A stretch of 64,000 bases of DNA from Roseiflexus sp. Its GTDB lineage: Bacteria > Chloroflexota > Chloroflexia > Chloroflexales > Roseiflexaceae. Of this stretch, positions 26,435-35,476 are shown piece by piece. A model generated the notes under the pieces. It searched no databases and was not told the origin of the DNA. It saw only the letters and a program-made list of their open reading frames with translations. The first letter of the stretch is position 1; each line of letters begins with the position of its first letter. The stretch is from NCBI GenBank assembly GCA_034432635.1, contig DAOUBK010000101.1, forward strand, positions 263-64,262. Direction: 5' to 3'. A program made the translations under genes and the position numbers.

Positions 26435-28815
26435 CTATGATCCGTTGGTTGCAACATCATTCAACCTGGCGCCCCGGTGCGCACCTGCCGCTCCTGACTG
26501 TGCTGGCGGTGTCCGCGCTCTTCCGGGTTGCATTGTGGGATGCGCTGCCCCGCCAGGGTCTCGTCTCCGATGAGGGTGAATACCTGTCTGCCGCCTGGTG
26601 GCTGGCGCACGGGCGCGGTTTCGACTGGCATCAGGAGTATCTGTGGACACGAGCGCCGCTCTATCCCTTATTTCTGGCGGCGCATCTCCGTTTTTTGGGC
26701 GACGACCTCAGATCAATCATGGTCACCCAGACTGCGCTGAGCCTGGTGATCATTGTTCTGATCTATGCGCTGACCCGCACACTTGCACCACCCGATCTGA
26801 AAGCAGCACCGACGCTGGCGGCTGCACTAACCGGCATCTTCATGCCGTTCGCTGTATACCCGCACCTGTTCCTCTCCGAAACCCTGTATATCACGCTGGT
26901 GTGCGGCGCCATCCTGGCGCTGGTTGCAGTCCGCCCCGGCAATGTCCGTTCATCGACCGAGACCGATCCATCCAATCGGACTGATCGAACGCCGCCGTCA
27001 CGCCGTCGATTGATCACTGCTGGCGTGCTCTTCGGACTGGCAACGCTAACCCGCAGCCAGACCCTCCTGTTTCTGCCGGTAATCGCCGCGTGGCTGGCGT
27101 ATACCGGGCGATACGTTCTACGCCACGCACTGTTGCAGGCGCTCCTGTTCCTATCCATTGCCGTCCTCGTTATTGCGCCGTGGACGGTCTACAACTCGCG
27201 GATCTACGGCGGGTTGATCCTGGTCGATACCAGCGGCGCCTTTAACCTGCTCCTGGGCGCATGGTCGGCTCACGATGGCACACGACGCGACGCTCCTACG
27301 CGCGATTTTGTGCTGGCGATGTTTCCCAACCCGCGCGTGACAGCACCATCCGACACCTGTCTGCCGCACCCCAGTGTGCAACCAGACCAGGCAGCGCGTC
27401 AGACGGCGATGATTCGTGAGGGGTTGTGCCTGATCATCGACCGTCCGCTGGCATTTATCCACAAGTCGCTGGTCGAGTTCATCGATCTGTTCCGCATCAA
27501 TTACACCGGCGCCGAGCGTTTGACCGACGGATTCTCGACCGGACGACTGCCAGTTTGGTATGTGGTGCTGCTTTTTCTGCTCGAGGATACACTGTATGTC
27601 TGCGCTCTTCTGCCTGGCGTTATCGGATGGACGGTGATGCGCCACTGCTCACCGAAACCTGATGCGGTCGCACTGGTCGGTCTTTGGCTCCTCTTCAACA
27701 TCGCCCTGGCGCCGCTGCTGTTCGCCATCAACCGCTTCCGTCTGCCGCTTATGCCGCTCCTCTTCATACTTGCGGCAGTGACGATCACCACGCTGCTGCG
27801 GAGTCGCGCCTGCCTGGACAGTGTGCTACGCAGGCGCTACGGTATTGCCTGTGGTGTGCTTGCCGGATTACTGACGCTCGTTGCTGCTGCGCCGTATGCC
27901 TATCTGGAACCACGACCGCAGGATAGCGACTCACAGTGGGCGTCGTACCTCGGACCATATCCATCGAGTCTGGCGATCACCGGCATTGCGATTGTGGCAC
28001 GTCCACGCGCACTCGACGATGCGCGTTTCCTGGCAGCGTTGCAAACCGGCAATATCGCCGCTGCCGAAACAATACTGCACACCGGCACACCCGGGCGCGA
28101 CACTGCACGGTTAGGTGCAGCCCTGATCGCCGCCCATCAGGGGCGATACCATGAGGCACTGAATCTGCTCCCACCAGCCGATGTTCTTGCTGCCACGGGC
28201 GATGTACCGGGGAGCGTCCTGCGCGGCGATCTGTTGCGCAGCATCGGCGATGAGTCTGGCGCACGCGCTGCTTTTACACCGCGCTATGTCGATGCTGCCA
28301 ACCCCGTTGAGTGGGCGTGGAACTGGCTGCGACCGGCGCCAACCCGCACCATCGACCTGGGCGGCAACCTCGATCTGGGGTATATCCACGGATGTTACCC
28401 TGGTGAAGGTGATGCAGCGACCCGCACAACCTATCGCTGGTGCACCAATGGAGCGCGCCTGCGCTTTCCGGGCGCCGGGCGCGCACACCCGCAACGCCTT
28501 GTGTTTATCGTCGATGGACGTGGATGGTCTCCCGATCTGCGTCCCGTTCCGCCGGTGCGCATCCTGCTTGACGGGCAGATCATCGGCACATTTCCACCGG
28601 ATGGCGAAGATGGACGTACATTCGAGGTTATACTCCCGCCGATGCCGGAAGGCGCCGATGTTGTCATCGAACTACGCGGTCCCACATTCGTTCCCGATGC
28701 AGCGCGGTATCTGAGTCAGCAGGGAGAAGCGGCTGTAGGACAGGTGCATCGGTTGATGGTGCGTCTTGATCGGGTTGCGATTGTTGAGGACTGGGAACCG
28801 AGAACCGAGAACTGA
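26413..28815 (+). CDS. GT-C fold glycosyltransferase (GT39/ArnT/PMT_2-like) with a C-terminal soluble domain, paralog 1
   Basis: The first-loop acidic motif is SDEGEYLSAAWWLAHGRGF. There are more than 10 TM helices and a helical-repeat middle region. The shared C-terminal block is LDLGYIHGCYPGEG...YRWCTNGARLRFPG. An alternative start is at 26437. Confidence 0.7.
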   Translation: MSGIIPTSMIRWLQHHSTWRPGAHLPLLTVLAVSALFRVALWDALPRQGLVSDEGEYLSAAWWLAHGRGFDWHQEYLWTRAPLYPLFLAAHLRFLGDDLRSIMVTQTALSLVIIVLIYALTRTLAPPDLKAAPTLAAALTGIFMPFAVYPHLFLSETLYITLVCGAILALVAVRPGNVRSSTETDPSNRTDRTPPSRRRLITAGVLFGLATLTRSQTLLFLPVIAAWLAYTGRYVLRHALLQALLFLSIAVLVIAPWTVYNSRIYGGLILVDTSGAFNLLLGAWSAHDGTRRDAPTRDFVLAMFPNPRVTAPSDTCLPHPSVQPDQAARQTAMIREGLCLIIDRPLAFIHKSLVEFIDLFRINYTGAERLTDGFSTGRLPVWYVVLLFLLEDTLYVCALLPGVIGWTVMRHCSPKPDAVALVGLWLLFNIALAPLLFAINRFRLPLMPLLFILAAVTITTLLRSRACLDSVLRRRYGIACGVLAGLLTLVAAAPYAYLEPRPQDSDSQWASYLGPYPSSLAITGIAIVARPRALDDARFLAALQTGNIAAAETILHTGTPGRDTARLGAALIAAHQGRYHEALNLLPPADVLAATGDVPGSVLRGDLLRSIGDESGARAAFTPRYVDAANPVEWAWNWLRPAPTRTIDLGGNLDLGYIHGCYPGEGDAATRTTYRWCTNGARLRFPGAGRAHPQRLVFIVDGRGWSPDLRPVPPVRILLDGQIIGTFPPDGEDGRTFEVILPPMPEGADVVIELRGPTFVPDAARYLSQQGEAAVGQVHRLMVRLDRVAIVEDWEPRTEN

Positions 28816-28824
28816 AGTCGGTTC
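28795..28824. repeat. Heptamer repeat GAACCGA GAACCGA GAACTGA plus an inverted copy TCGGTTC
   Basis: Read directly. The third unit contains the stop codon of GT-C paralog 1. The inverted copy can pair with unit 2 (7 bp). The paralog 2 start follows at 28835. Confidence 0.6.
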
Positions 28825-28834
28825 ATTATCAATT

Positions 28835-30898
28835 ATGATGTCGCACGTCAGACGGATCACAACGGCATGCTCCTCGAACTATTCGCACGTCCTGGCGCTG
28901 ATCGGGTTGACCGGTCTTGCGCTGGCGCTACGGTTGCTGGTGTGGCGCTGGCACGAACTGTACCCTCTGGGCGGTGATGAGCAGGAGTATCTGAATCAGG
29001 CGCTGACACTGCTGCGTACGCGGCAGTACGTGGAACTACGCCTGATGCGTCCGCCGCTCTACGCTCTTTTCCTGGCGACATGCATCATCGCCTTCGATCT
29101 GCTGATCCAGAACCTGCGCCTGGTGCAGGCGATCATCAGTGCGCTGACGGTGATCCCACTCTACCTTCTGACCCTCCAGGTGTTCGGTCATCGCCGTGTG
29201 GCGCTGGTTGCCGGGTTGTTGATGGCGCTGAACTACACCCTGGCGTTCACCGCTACCGAACTGTTGACCGAAACGCTCTTTCTGTTTGGGGCAACGATCA
29301 TATTCTGGTTGCTGTTGCGGATCACGTCCCGATCAACCTGGCAAACCGTCTTTGCCAGTATCTGCCTGGGCGCACTGGCGCTCCTCCGGTCGGTCGCCAT
29401 GCCGCTGCTGGTGCTGGGAGCGCTCTGGCTGCTGCTCAACGCGGGCAAACGTACCGCGGCGATCTTCGTTCTCACCGCCGTGCTGGTCATCGCACCCTGG
29501 ACGATACGGAACTACCTGACCTATCAGGCGCTGATCATTGTCGATACCACCGGAGCGGAGAACCTCTGGCTCGACAACGATCCAGCCGGACGCGAGGCGG
29601 TCAAGCGTCAACTCTACGCTCTTGGCAATGATATGGCTGCACGTCAGCGTCTGGCAACCGAGCGCGGCATTGCGGTAATCCTTGCCCATCCCGATCACAT
29701 CGCGGCGAAAGTCTGGCGTGAGGCGCGGCTCTTTACGGCGCTCCAGTTTTTCGACGATATGCGCAACCGTCCGGCAATATGGGTTCCGCCGCTCCAAGTG
29801 TGGCTACGACTGATCCTGGGAGATGGACTCTGGTTGATCACCCTTCTTGGCGGCGCTGCCGGACTCTGGCTTGCACCGGCTCGTCGCTGGACGGTCATGC
29901 TCGCCGCGCCGTGGACCCTCTACATGGTACTGACCACCCTTATCTACCACGTCGAGGCGCGCTATCGGCTCCCCCTCTACCCGACGCTTATTCCCTGCGC
30001 TGCCTGGGCGATCGTGCGCCTGAGCGTGTGGCGACTGCCGACGACCCGCCAAATACCGGCGCTAAGCGCTGCCGCAATCACGTGCACGGGTCTAATCGCC
30101 CTTCTGCTCGCACATCGTCCGTACCCGGCAGAAACAATGATGCTGGCGCAAAAGCACGCCTGTCTCTGGCAGGCAGAACGCGCGCTCACACAGGGCAATC
30201 TCGTGATTGCACGCAATGCCGCAGAAACCGCGCTACACCTCGATCCACGCTCTGCCCTGGCACGCGTCGCTCTGGCGCGTGTCGCTCTGCTGAACGACGA
30301 CACCGATACCGCACTCGCATACCTGAACACAGCCCTGACCGCTATCCCCGATCATCCCTATGCCCACCTCTTGCGTGGCGCCGTCCATCGCCTCAAAGGC
30401 AACCAGCGCGCCGCCCGGAGCGATCTGCGCTACGAGACGGCATCGCTCGAAGACCTGCAACGCTGGGCATGGACTGTCTTCCGTCCTGTGGCACCACCAC
30501 AGGAATATCTGGATGTCGGTGACCTCGACCTAGGGTACGTGCGCGGGTTTCATCCACCGGAAAGCGGCTTTCGCTGGACGACCGACAATGCCGAGATGAT
30601 GCTGGCAGCGCGTTCCGACGGCATCCTCACGCTGCGTATCAGCGGCGACCGGTTGCCTGGCGCACCATCCCCGGAGATTGCGGTCAGGATCGACGGCATC
30701 GACACCATTCGCATGACCGTTCCAGACGGCTGGCATACCGTACAATTACCGCTGCCGCCCGGCGTTACCGACGATGAACAGATACTGGTCAGCATTCAGA
30801 GCACCACCTATCGCCCCCGAAGCATCGACCGGGCGAGTCCCGATAACCGTCCGCTCGGGGTCGCCATTGACGAAGCAAGGGTCGTGTATGCACCCTGA
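28835..30898 (+). CDS. GT-C fold glycosyltransferase (GT39/ArnT/PMT_2-like) with TPR-like and C-terminal soluble domains, paralog 2
   Basis: GGDEQEYLNQALTLLRTRQY motif; polytopic; TPR-like segment (ALHLDPRSALARVALARVALLNDDTDTALAYLNTAL); C-terminal block LDLGYVRGFHPPESGFRWTTDNAEMMLAA. The start at MMSHV (28835) avoids overlap with paralog 1. Confidence 0.7.
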   Translation: MMSHVRRITTACSSNYSHVLALIGLTGLALALRLLVWRWHELYPLGGDEQEYLNQALTLLRTRQYVELRLMRPPLYALFLATCIIAFDLLIQNLRLVQAIISALTVIPLYLLTLQVFGHRRVALVAGLLMALNYTLAFTATELLTETLFLFGATIIFWLLLRITSRSTWQTVFASICLGALALLRSVAMPLLVLGALWLLLNAGKRTAAIFVLTAVLVIAPWTIRNYLTYQALIIVDTTGAENLWLDNDPAGREAVKRQLYALGNDMAARQRLATERGIAVILAHPDHIAAKVWREARLFTALQFFDDMRNRPAIWVPPLQVWLRLILGDGLWLITLLGGAAGLWLAPARRWTVMLAAPWTLYMVLTTLIYHVEARYRLPLYPTLIPCAAWAIVRLSVWRLPTTRQIPALSAAAITCTGLIALLLAHRPYPAETMMLAQKHACLWQAERALTQGNLVIARNAAETALHLDPRSALARVALARVALLNDDTDTALAYLNTALTAIPDHPYAHLLRGAVHRLKGNQRAARSDLRYETASLEDLQRWAWTVFRPVAPPQEYLDVGDLDLGYVRGFHPPESGFRWTTDNAEMMLAARSDGILTLRISGDRLPGAPSPEIAVRIDGIDTIRMTVPDGWHTVQLPLPPGVTDDEQILVSIQSTTYRPRSIDRASPDNRPLGVAIDEARVVYAP

Positions 30899-30922
30899 CA
30901 ATCTGATTGAGGTTCCAGTTCC

Positions 30923-33097
30923 ATGACCTATCCGCAGGCGCGTATCTTCCTGGTATTCATCCTCGCATTCGCGCTGGGGTTACGCCTGCTCCTCTGGTCT
31001 CAGCCACTCCACGAGCCGGCGAACGACGAGGTTGAATATATCACCGTTGCGCGCGACCTGCTGGAAGGGCGCGGATGGTCGTTCTACGATCAGTACCACT
31101 GGTTGCGCGCTCCTCTCTACCCGCTGTTTCTGGCAGCTTCGTGGCGGCTTGCAGGCGACGATGGCTGGCCCTATGCCAAACGTGCATTGCATCTGGCGGC
31201 ACTGCCCAACATTCTGCTGAGCGTCGTGAGTGTGTATCTCTCGTATGCGCTGACGATGCGACTGGTGAATCACCGGCGGGTAGCATTGCTGGCAGCGTTG
31301 ATCACCGCCATCCTCTGGACGAACGCCACATTTGCCAGTCTGTACATGTCCGAGACGCTCTTTACCGTGCTGTTTCAGATCGGACTGCTGATGCTCATCC
31401 ACGCAGCGGATCAACAACCGGCCTCACGGCGTCGGTTGCTGATCATTGTGGCGGGAGCAGCACTGGGTCTCGCCGCGCTGACCCGGTCGCTGGCACTCCT
31501 GTTTCTTCCGATTGCGGCGTGCTGGCTGGTGTTCCAGGTGGTGCGGCAGACCCCATTCGCCAGCACACACCGGTTGACAGCGCCACTGCTGACCGCAATC
31601 CTCTTTCTGCTGAGCGCGGGGACGGTCATTGCACCGTGGACGATCCGCAATTATCAGGCATACGGCGGGTTCATCCTGATCGAAACCGGGCTATCGTACA
31701 ACCTATGGGTCTTCAACGAACCACGCGAAGATCGCGACACGATCCATCGGATACTCGAAGGTATCAGCAATCCGGTCGAGCGGTCGAACTACGCGACTGC
31801 ACGCGGGTTGGAGCGTCTGCGGGAAGACCCGGCGATCATCATGCGGAAACTCTGGCCCAACTGGGTCTTTCTGGCGCGTGTCAAGCCGATCCAGGATCGT
31901 TTTCTGATGGAACATTATGTCGCCGACGTTGATCTGCCGCTGTTCGTTGCTGCGCTGATCTTCGACGATCTGCTGTACGTCCTGATCGCCACCAGTGCCA
32001 TCATCGGTCTGGCACACGCAGTGCGCATACGCGAAATACCATCCGGTCCACCGTTCCACCTGTCCTGTCATTTGCCAGTCGCGCCGGCTACACTCTGCCT
32101 GCTCTGGATCGGCTATGCGATTGCAACAATGCTCCTCACCCACGGCGAGGCGCGCTACCGGCACTTCCTCTTTCCGACACTCATCCCATACGCGGCATGG
32201 ACGTTCACCATGCTGACGCAGCGCATCGCATGTTTTGAGCGCCGGCGCCTGCCGATCATCGCTCTGCTGACATGCATCTTTCTGTGGACGGTGCTGACCG
32301 CCTACCCGTGGGCATGGGCTGGCGAAAACCTGGCGCGTGGCAGTCGCGTGCTGGTTGGCGACGTATGGATGGCATTGGGTGCGCCAGATCGCGCGGCGCG
32401 CGCCTACCTGAGCGCACTGAGTGTCAAAGCGACTCCCGATGGCTGGTTACGGCTAGGAAAAGCGCATCTGGCGCGCGGCGAGATTGCACAGGCACGGGTT
32501 GCGTACCGCGCAGCATGGGACGCGAGCCGGGCATACTTTATTGCCAGCGCTTACCTCGGCGATCTGGAACGTTCGCTTGGAAATCTGGATGAAGCACGAC
32601 GCGCATTTGTCGGGTATTACGCCGACGAACAGCGCGTCACCGACTGGTCGTGGCGTGTACTGGGAAGCGATCCGCCGTCATCGCTGGAGGTTGGCGACGG
32701 ACTCGACTTCGGGTATGTTGGCGGTGTCTATCCGGCTGAAGAGGTTCAAGGTGTGCGGATGCGCTGGAGTGCGGGGCGCGCACTGCTGCGACTCGCCAGC
32801 CCGGCAACGAACACGCCGGCGCTGCTCACCCTGCGCCTGGCAGCACCGCACCCGGATCGACCTGTGGTTCCTGCTCGTATTTGCGTCAATGGAACCTGTC
32901 GCAGTATTCCCCTGAGCGCCGACTGGCGCACCTGCACGTTCGTTTTCGACATCCGCGACCAGCCGACGTTGACAGTAGAGGTGCATACGCCAACGTTCAT
33001 CGCGGCTGACGGGCGACGTCTGGGGGTGCTGATCGACCGTGCGTATGTGACGCCACTGACACACGGCGGTGCAAACAATATAGACAAAGCACACTGA
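30923..33097 (+). CDS. GT-C fold glycosyltransferase (GT39/ArnT/PMT_2-like) with TPR-like and C-terminal soluble domains, paralog 3
   Basis: ANDEVEYITVARDLLEGRGW motif; polytopic; C-terminal block LDFGYVGGVYPAEEVQGVRMRWSAGRALLRLAS. Confidence 0.7.
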   Translation: MTYPQARIFLVFILAFALGLRLLLWSQPLHEPANDEVEYITVARDLLEGRGWSFYDQYHWLRAPLYPLFLAASWRLAGDDGWPYAKRALHLAALPNILLSVVSVYLSYALTMRLVNHRRVALLAALITAILWTNATFASLYMSETLFTVLFQIGLLMLIHAADQQPASRRRLLIIVAGAALGLAALTRSLALLFLPIAACWLVFQVVRQTPFASTHRLTAPLLTAILFLLSAGTVIAPWTIRNYQAYGGFILIETGLSYNLWVFNEPREDRDTIHRILEGISNPVERSNYATARGLERLREDPAIIMRKLWPNWVFLARVKPIQDRFLMEHYVADVDLPLFVAALIFDDLLYVLIATSAIIGLAHAVRIREIPSGPPFHLSCHLPVAPATLCLLWIGYAIATMLLTHGEARYRHFLFPTLIPYAAWTFTMLTQRIACFERRRLPIIALLTCIFLWTVLTAYPWAWAGENLARGSRVLVGDVWMALGAPDRAARAYLSALSVKATPDGWLRLGKAHLARGEIAQARVAYRAAWDASRAYFIASAYLGDLERSLGNLDEARRAFVGYYADEQRVTDWSWRVLGSDPPSSLEVGDGLDFGYVGGVYPAEEVQGVRMRWSAGRALLRLASPATNTPALLTLRLAAPHPDRPVVPARICVNGTCRSIPLSADWRTCTFVFDIRDQPTLTVEVHTPTFIAADGRRLGVLIDRAYVTPLTHGGANNIDKAH

Positions 33098-33148
33098 AGA
33101 CCGGCTTTGCACCCGGCATGTATGGCGCTTTTCACGCCTCTTCGGACG

Positions 33149-33838
33149 TTAGAATCGTTCTCCGCGCACCGGAATGATGTAGCTGCGGATTAACGCGAGC
33201 GCACTTTCGCTCATCTTATCGATATGCTCGCGCATCAAGTCGCGAGCAGCCTGACTATCGCCGGCTGCAATCGCCCGAGCCACAGCGACATGCTCATGGG
33301 TACAGTCCAGGAGACGCTCCGGGCGGGTGCCAGAGTTGATGGTCACGCGATGCAACCGACGCCGCACGTCCCGAATAGACTGACTCAGCAACCGATTACC
33401 TGACGCTGTCAGGACAATATCGTGCCACACTCTATCAACACTCGACCACTCCTCAACATCGTGGCGCTCAGCAGCAGCCAGGAGTGCTGTTGAGACCTCC
33501 ACCAGTTGCTGAGCCTGCTCTGAAGTGCGACGCAATGCTGCCAGTTCGGCTGCGTGTGAGTCCATCAACCGCAGCAACTCCAGCATGTCTTCCACTTCCT
33601 TGATCGTCAACTCAGCAACAACAAGACCGCGACCTGGAACATTCCGGATAATGCCTTCCTGCTCCAGCCGGCGCAGGGCTTCGCGTACTGGTGTGCGGCT
33701 GATTGCCAGCCACTTCGCCAGCCGATCTTGTGTCAAAGACTCACCTGGCTTCAACTCAAGGTTAGCGATTGCCCGTGAAATCGCGAAGTAAGCTTTATCG
33801 GTGAGCGAATATGCGTCGCCGTTCAACTCAGATCCCAT
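33149..33838 (-). CDS. GntR-family transcriptional regulator (FadR/FCD subfamily)
   Basis: The N-terminal wHTH is GESLTQDRLAKWLAISRTPVREALRRLEQEGII, followed by an all-helical C-terminal FCD-like domain. Confidence 0.85.
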   Translation of the reverse strand: MGSELNGDAYSLTDKAYFAISRAIANLELKPGESLTQDRLAKWLAISRTPVREALRRLEQEGIIRNVPGRGLVVAELTIKEVEDMLELLRLMDSHAAELAALRRTSEQAQQLVEVSTALLAAAERHDVEEWSSVDRVWHDIVLTASGNRLLSQSIRDVRRRLHRVTINSGTRPERLLDCTHEHVAVARAIAAGDSQAARDLMREHIDKMSESALALIRSYIIPVRGERF

Positions 33839-34048
33839 ATTATCTGCTCTACCTGTCTACATATTTTCTATTTAGGGGCGCATGCGAGCCTGAGACGCTC
33901 GCAAATGCCACTTTTTGCCCTGTGGATATGCACATATTATCATCTGGCGTGCATGCATGAGATACACACACGAGAACTCTTTCTCCTCGAAGGTGCTCAG
34001 CGCCTTTTCGTCTCTGTGACATGTTGCATCATCTCGAGGTTCTGCACC

Positions 34049-34465
34049 TTACGCAGGAAGCGTACCCGACGGCAATACCTGACAGCCAGGCAACTCCCGC
34101 AACAATCGTTCCGGACCGGCAGGGGCATACACAACCAGCAGGCGTAACGGCTCCCATCCGGTATTGACCGTCGAATGATACACATCCGCAGGAATGAAAA
34201 TTGCTGCACCGGGACGAATCTGGATCGGCGGATGATCATCGATCATCTGTTCCCCCTCACCGGACACGACAAAGATGATCTCTTCGACACCGGGATGGTT
34301 GTGGCGGGCATGACCTTTGCCCGGCGCCAGAATCACCATGCCAAAGCTGAAACGCTGTGCGCCAGTCACTACCGGCTCGCTTAGAAACTTGAGCGTACCC
34401 CAGTCAAACACGAGCGATTCGACATCGTTGCCATAGACGATGCAGCCTCGACCCACCTGCTGCAT
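34049..34465 (-). CDS. Cupin-domain protein
   Basis: Only the last 138 codons of ORF 34049..34789 look coding. Cupin motif 1 is GKGHARHNHPGVEEIIFVVSGEG and motif 2 is PGAAIFIPADVYHSTVN. The start ATG is at 34463-34465. Confidence 0.75.
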   Translation of the reverse strand: MQQVGRGCIVYGNDVESLVFDWGTLKFLSEPVVTGAQRFSFGMVILAPGKGHARHNHPGVEEIIFVVSGEGEQMIDDHPPIQIRPGAAIFIPADVYHSTVNTGWEPLRLLVVYAPAGPERLLRELPGCQVLPSGTLPA

Positions 34466-34520
34466 AGCCGCACTCCTTGCAGATTGAAAGGACGATGGGC
34501 GCCAGATTCGGTTTGCCCTC

Positions 34521-35369
34521 CTACGCCAGCAGTTGCCGTAAAAATGCCAGCCCTTCCTGCGCAAGCACATCCTGGCTGGGTGCGAGTGGACGCCAGATCG
34601 CGGCAGCACGCGCAATCGTCTTGACCAAGTTTGTAAACGATTCGATGACGACTGCACCATCATAGCCAATGTCACGTAGTCCAGCCGCAACCTCCTGCCA
34701 CGGAACATGTCCTGCGCCTGGCGTGCCACGGTCATTCTCAGATGCGTGCACGTGGCGCAGGCGCGAACCAGCAGAACGAATAGCATCACGCACCGATGTT
34801 TCCTCGATGTTCATGTGAAACGTATCGAGCATGATCTGACAGGACGGATGAGCGACCCGATCAACAATGGCCATTGCCTGCGATGCAAGATTGATGAAGC
34901 TCGTTTCGAAGCGGTTGAGTGGCTCAATTGCCAGGGTCACGCCGCGTTCACCAGCGTAAGACGCCAGATGGTACAACTGGTCGACCAGCAGACCGGTATC
35001 GTGCTCACGTTCCTCGGCGGTCATCTGCCAGGTGCGTCCAACCGCCGAATACAGCGGACCCATCAGGATCGGCGCGCCCATCGTCGATGCAGCATCGATG
35101 CAATGACGTACATATGCCACACCATTCGCGCGAATGGACTCGTCTGGATGGATAAGATCGCGATCAGCGCTGATGACAGCTGCAACACTGACTCCCAGTC
35201 CGTGCTCCCGTGCCAGTGCCCCGGCACGAGCATAGTCGAAGCCATCGGGAAACTCGATAGGGAATTCAATCCAATCGAAACCCATTGCTGCGACGTGCGG
35301 CACCAGCCGCATCACATCTGCATCCGTCAGTGGCGATACCCAGACCCACGTATTTACACCGAAGCGCAT
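34521..35369 (-). CDS. Sugar phosphate isomerase/epimerase (xylose-isomerase-like TIM barrel)
   Basis: Typical blocks are present: GFDWIEF, LAIEPLNRFET, MLDTFHMNIEE and HVHASENDRGTPG. Confidence 0.8.
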   Translation of the reverse strand: MRFGVNTWVWVSPLTDADVMRLVPHVAAMGFDWIEFPIEFPDGFDYARAGALAREHGLGVSVAAVISADRDLIHPDESIRANGVAYVRHCIDAASTMGAPILMGPLYSAVGRTWQMTAEEREHDTGLLVDQLYHLASYAGERGVTLAIEPLNRFETSFINLASQAMAIVDRVAHPSCQIMLDTFHMNIEETSVRDAIRSAGSRLRHVHASENDRGTPGAGHVPWQEVAAGLRDIGYDGAVVIESFTNLVKTIARAAAIWRPLAPSQDVLAQEGLAFLRQLLA

Positions 35370-35476
35370 GATAGGACTCCACTAACGTATATCCAGACAG
35401 GAACCGGCAAAGACCGGCTGTATCTCAGACAGCCAGAATCGGCGATCGCACCCTTTGATGGACTATCTGCTATCCA

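Noticed and set aside
33879-33970. Small palindromes upstream of the GntR gene (TGCGAGC-N7-GCTCGCA at 33879-33899, plus ATATG-CA-CATAT and TGCATGCA further downstream), considered as autoregulatory operators.
   Set aside because: None resembles the TGGATAC-N6-GTATCCA site found twice at 41.5 kb. Short AT-rich palindromes are expected by chance in this AT-rich spacer.
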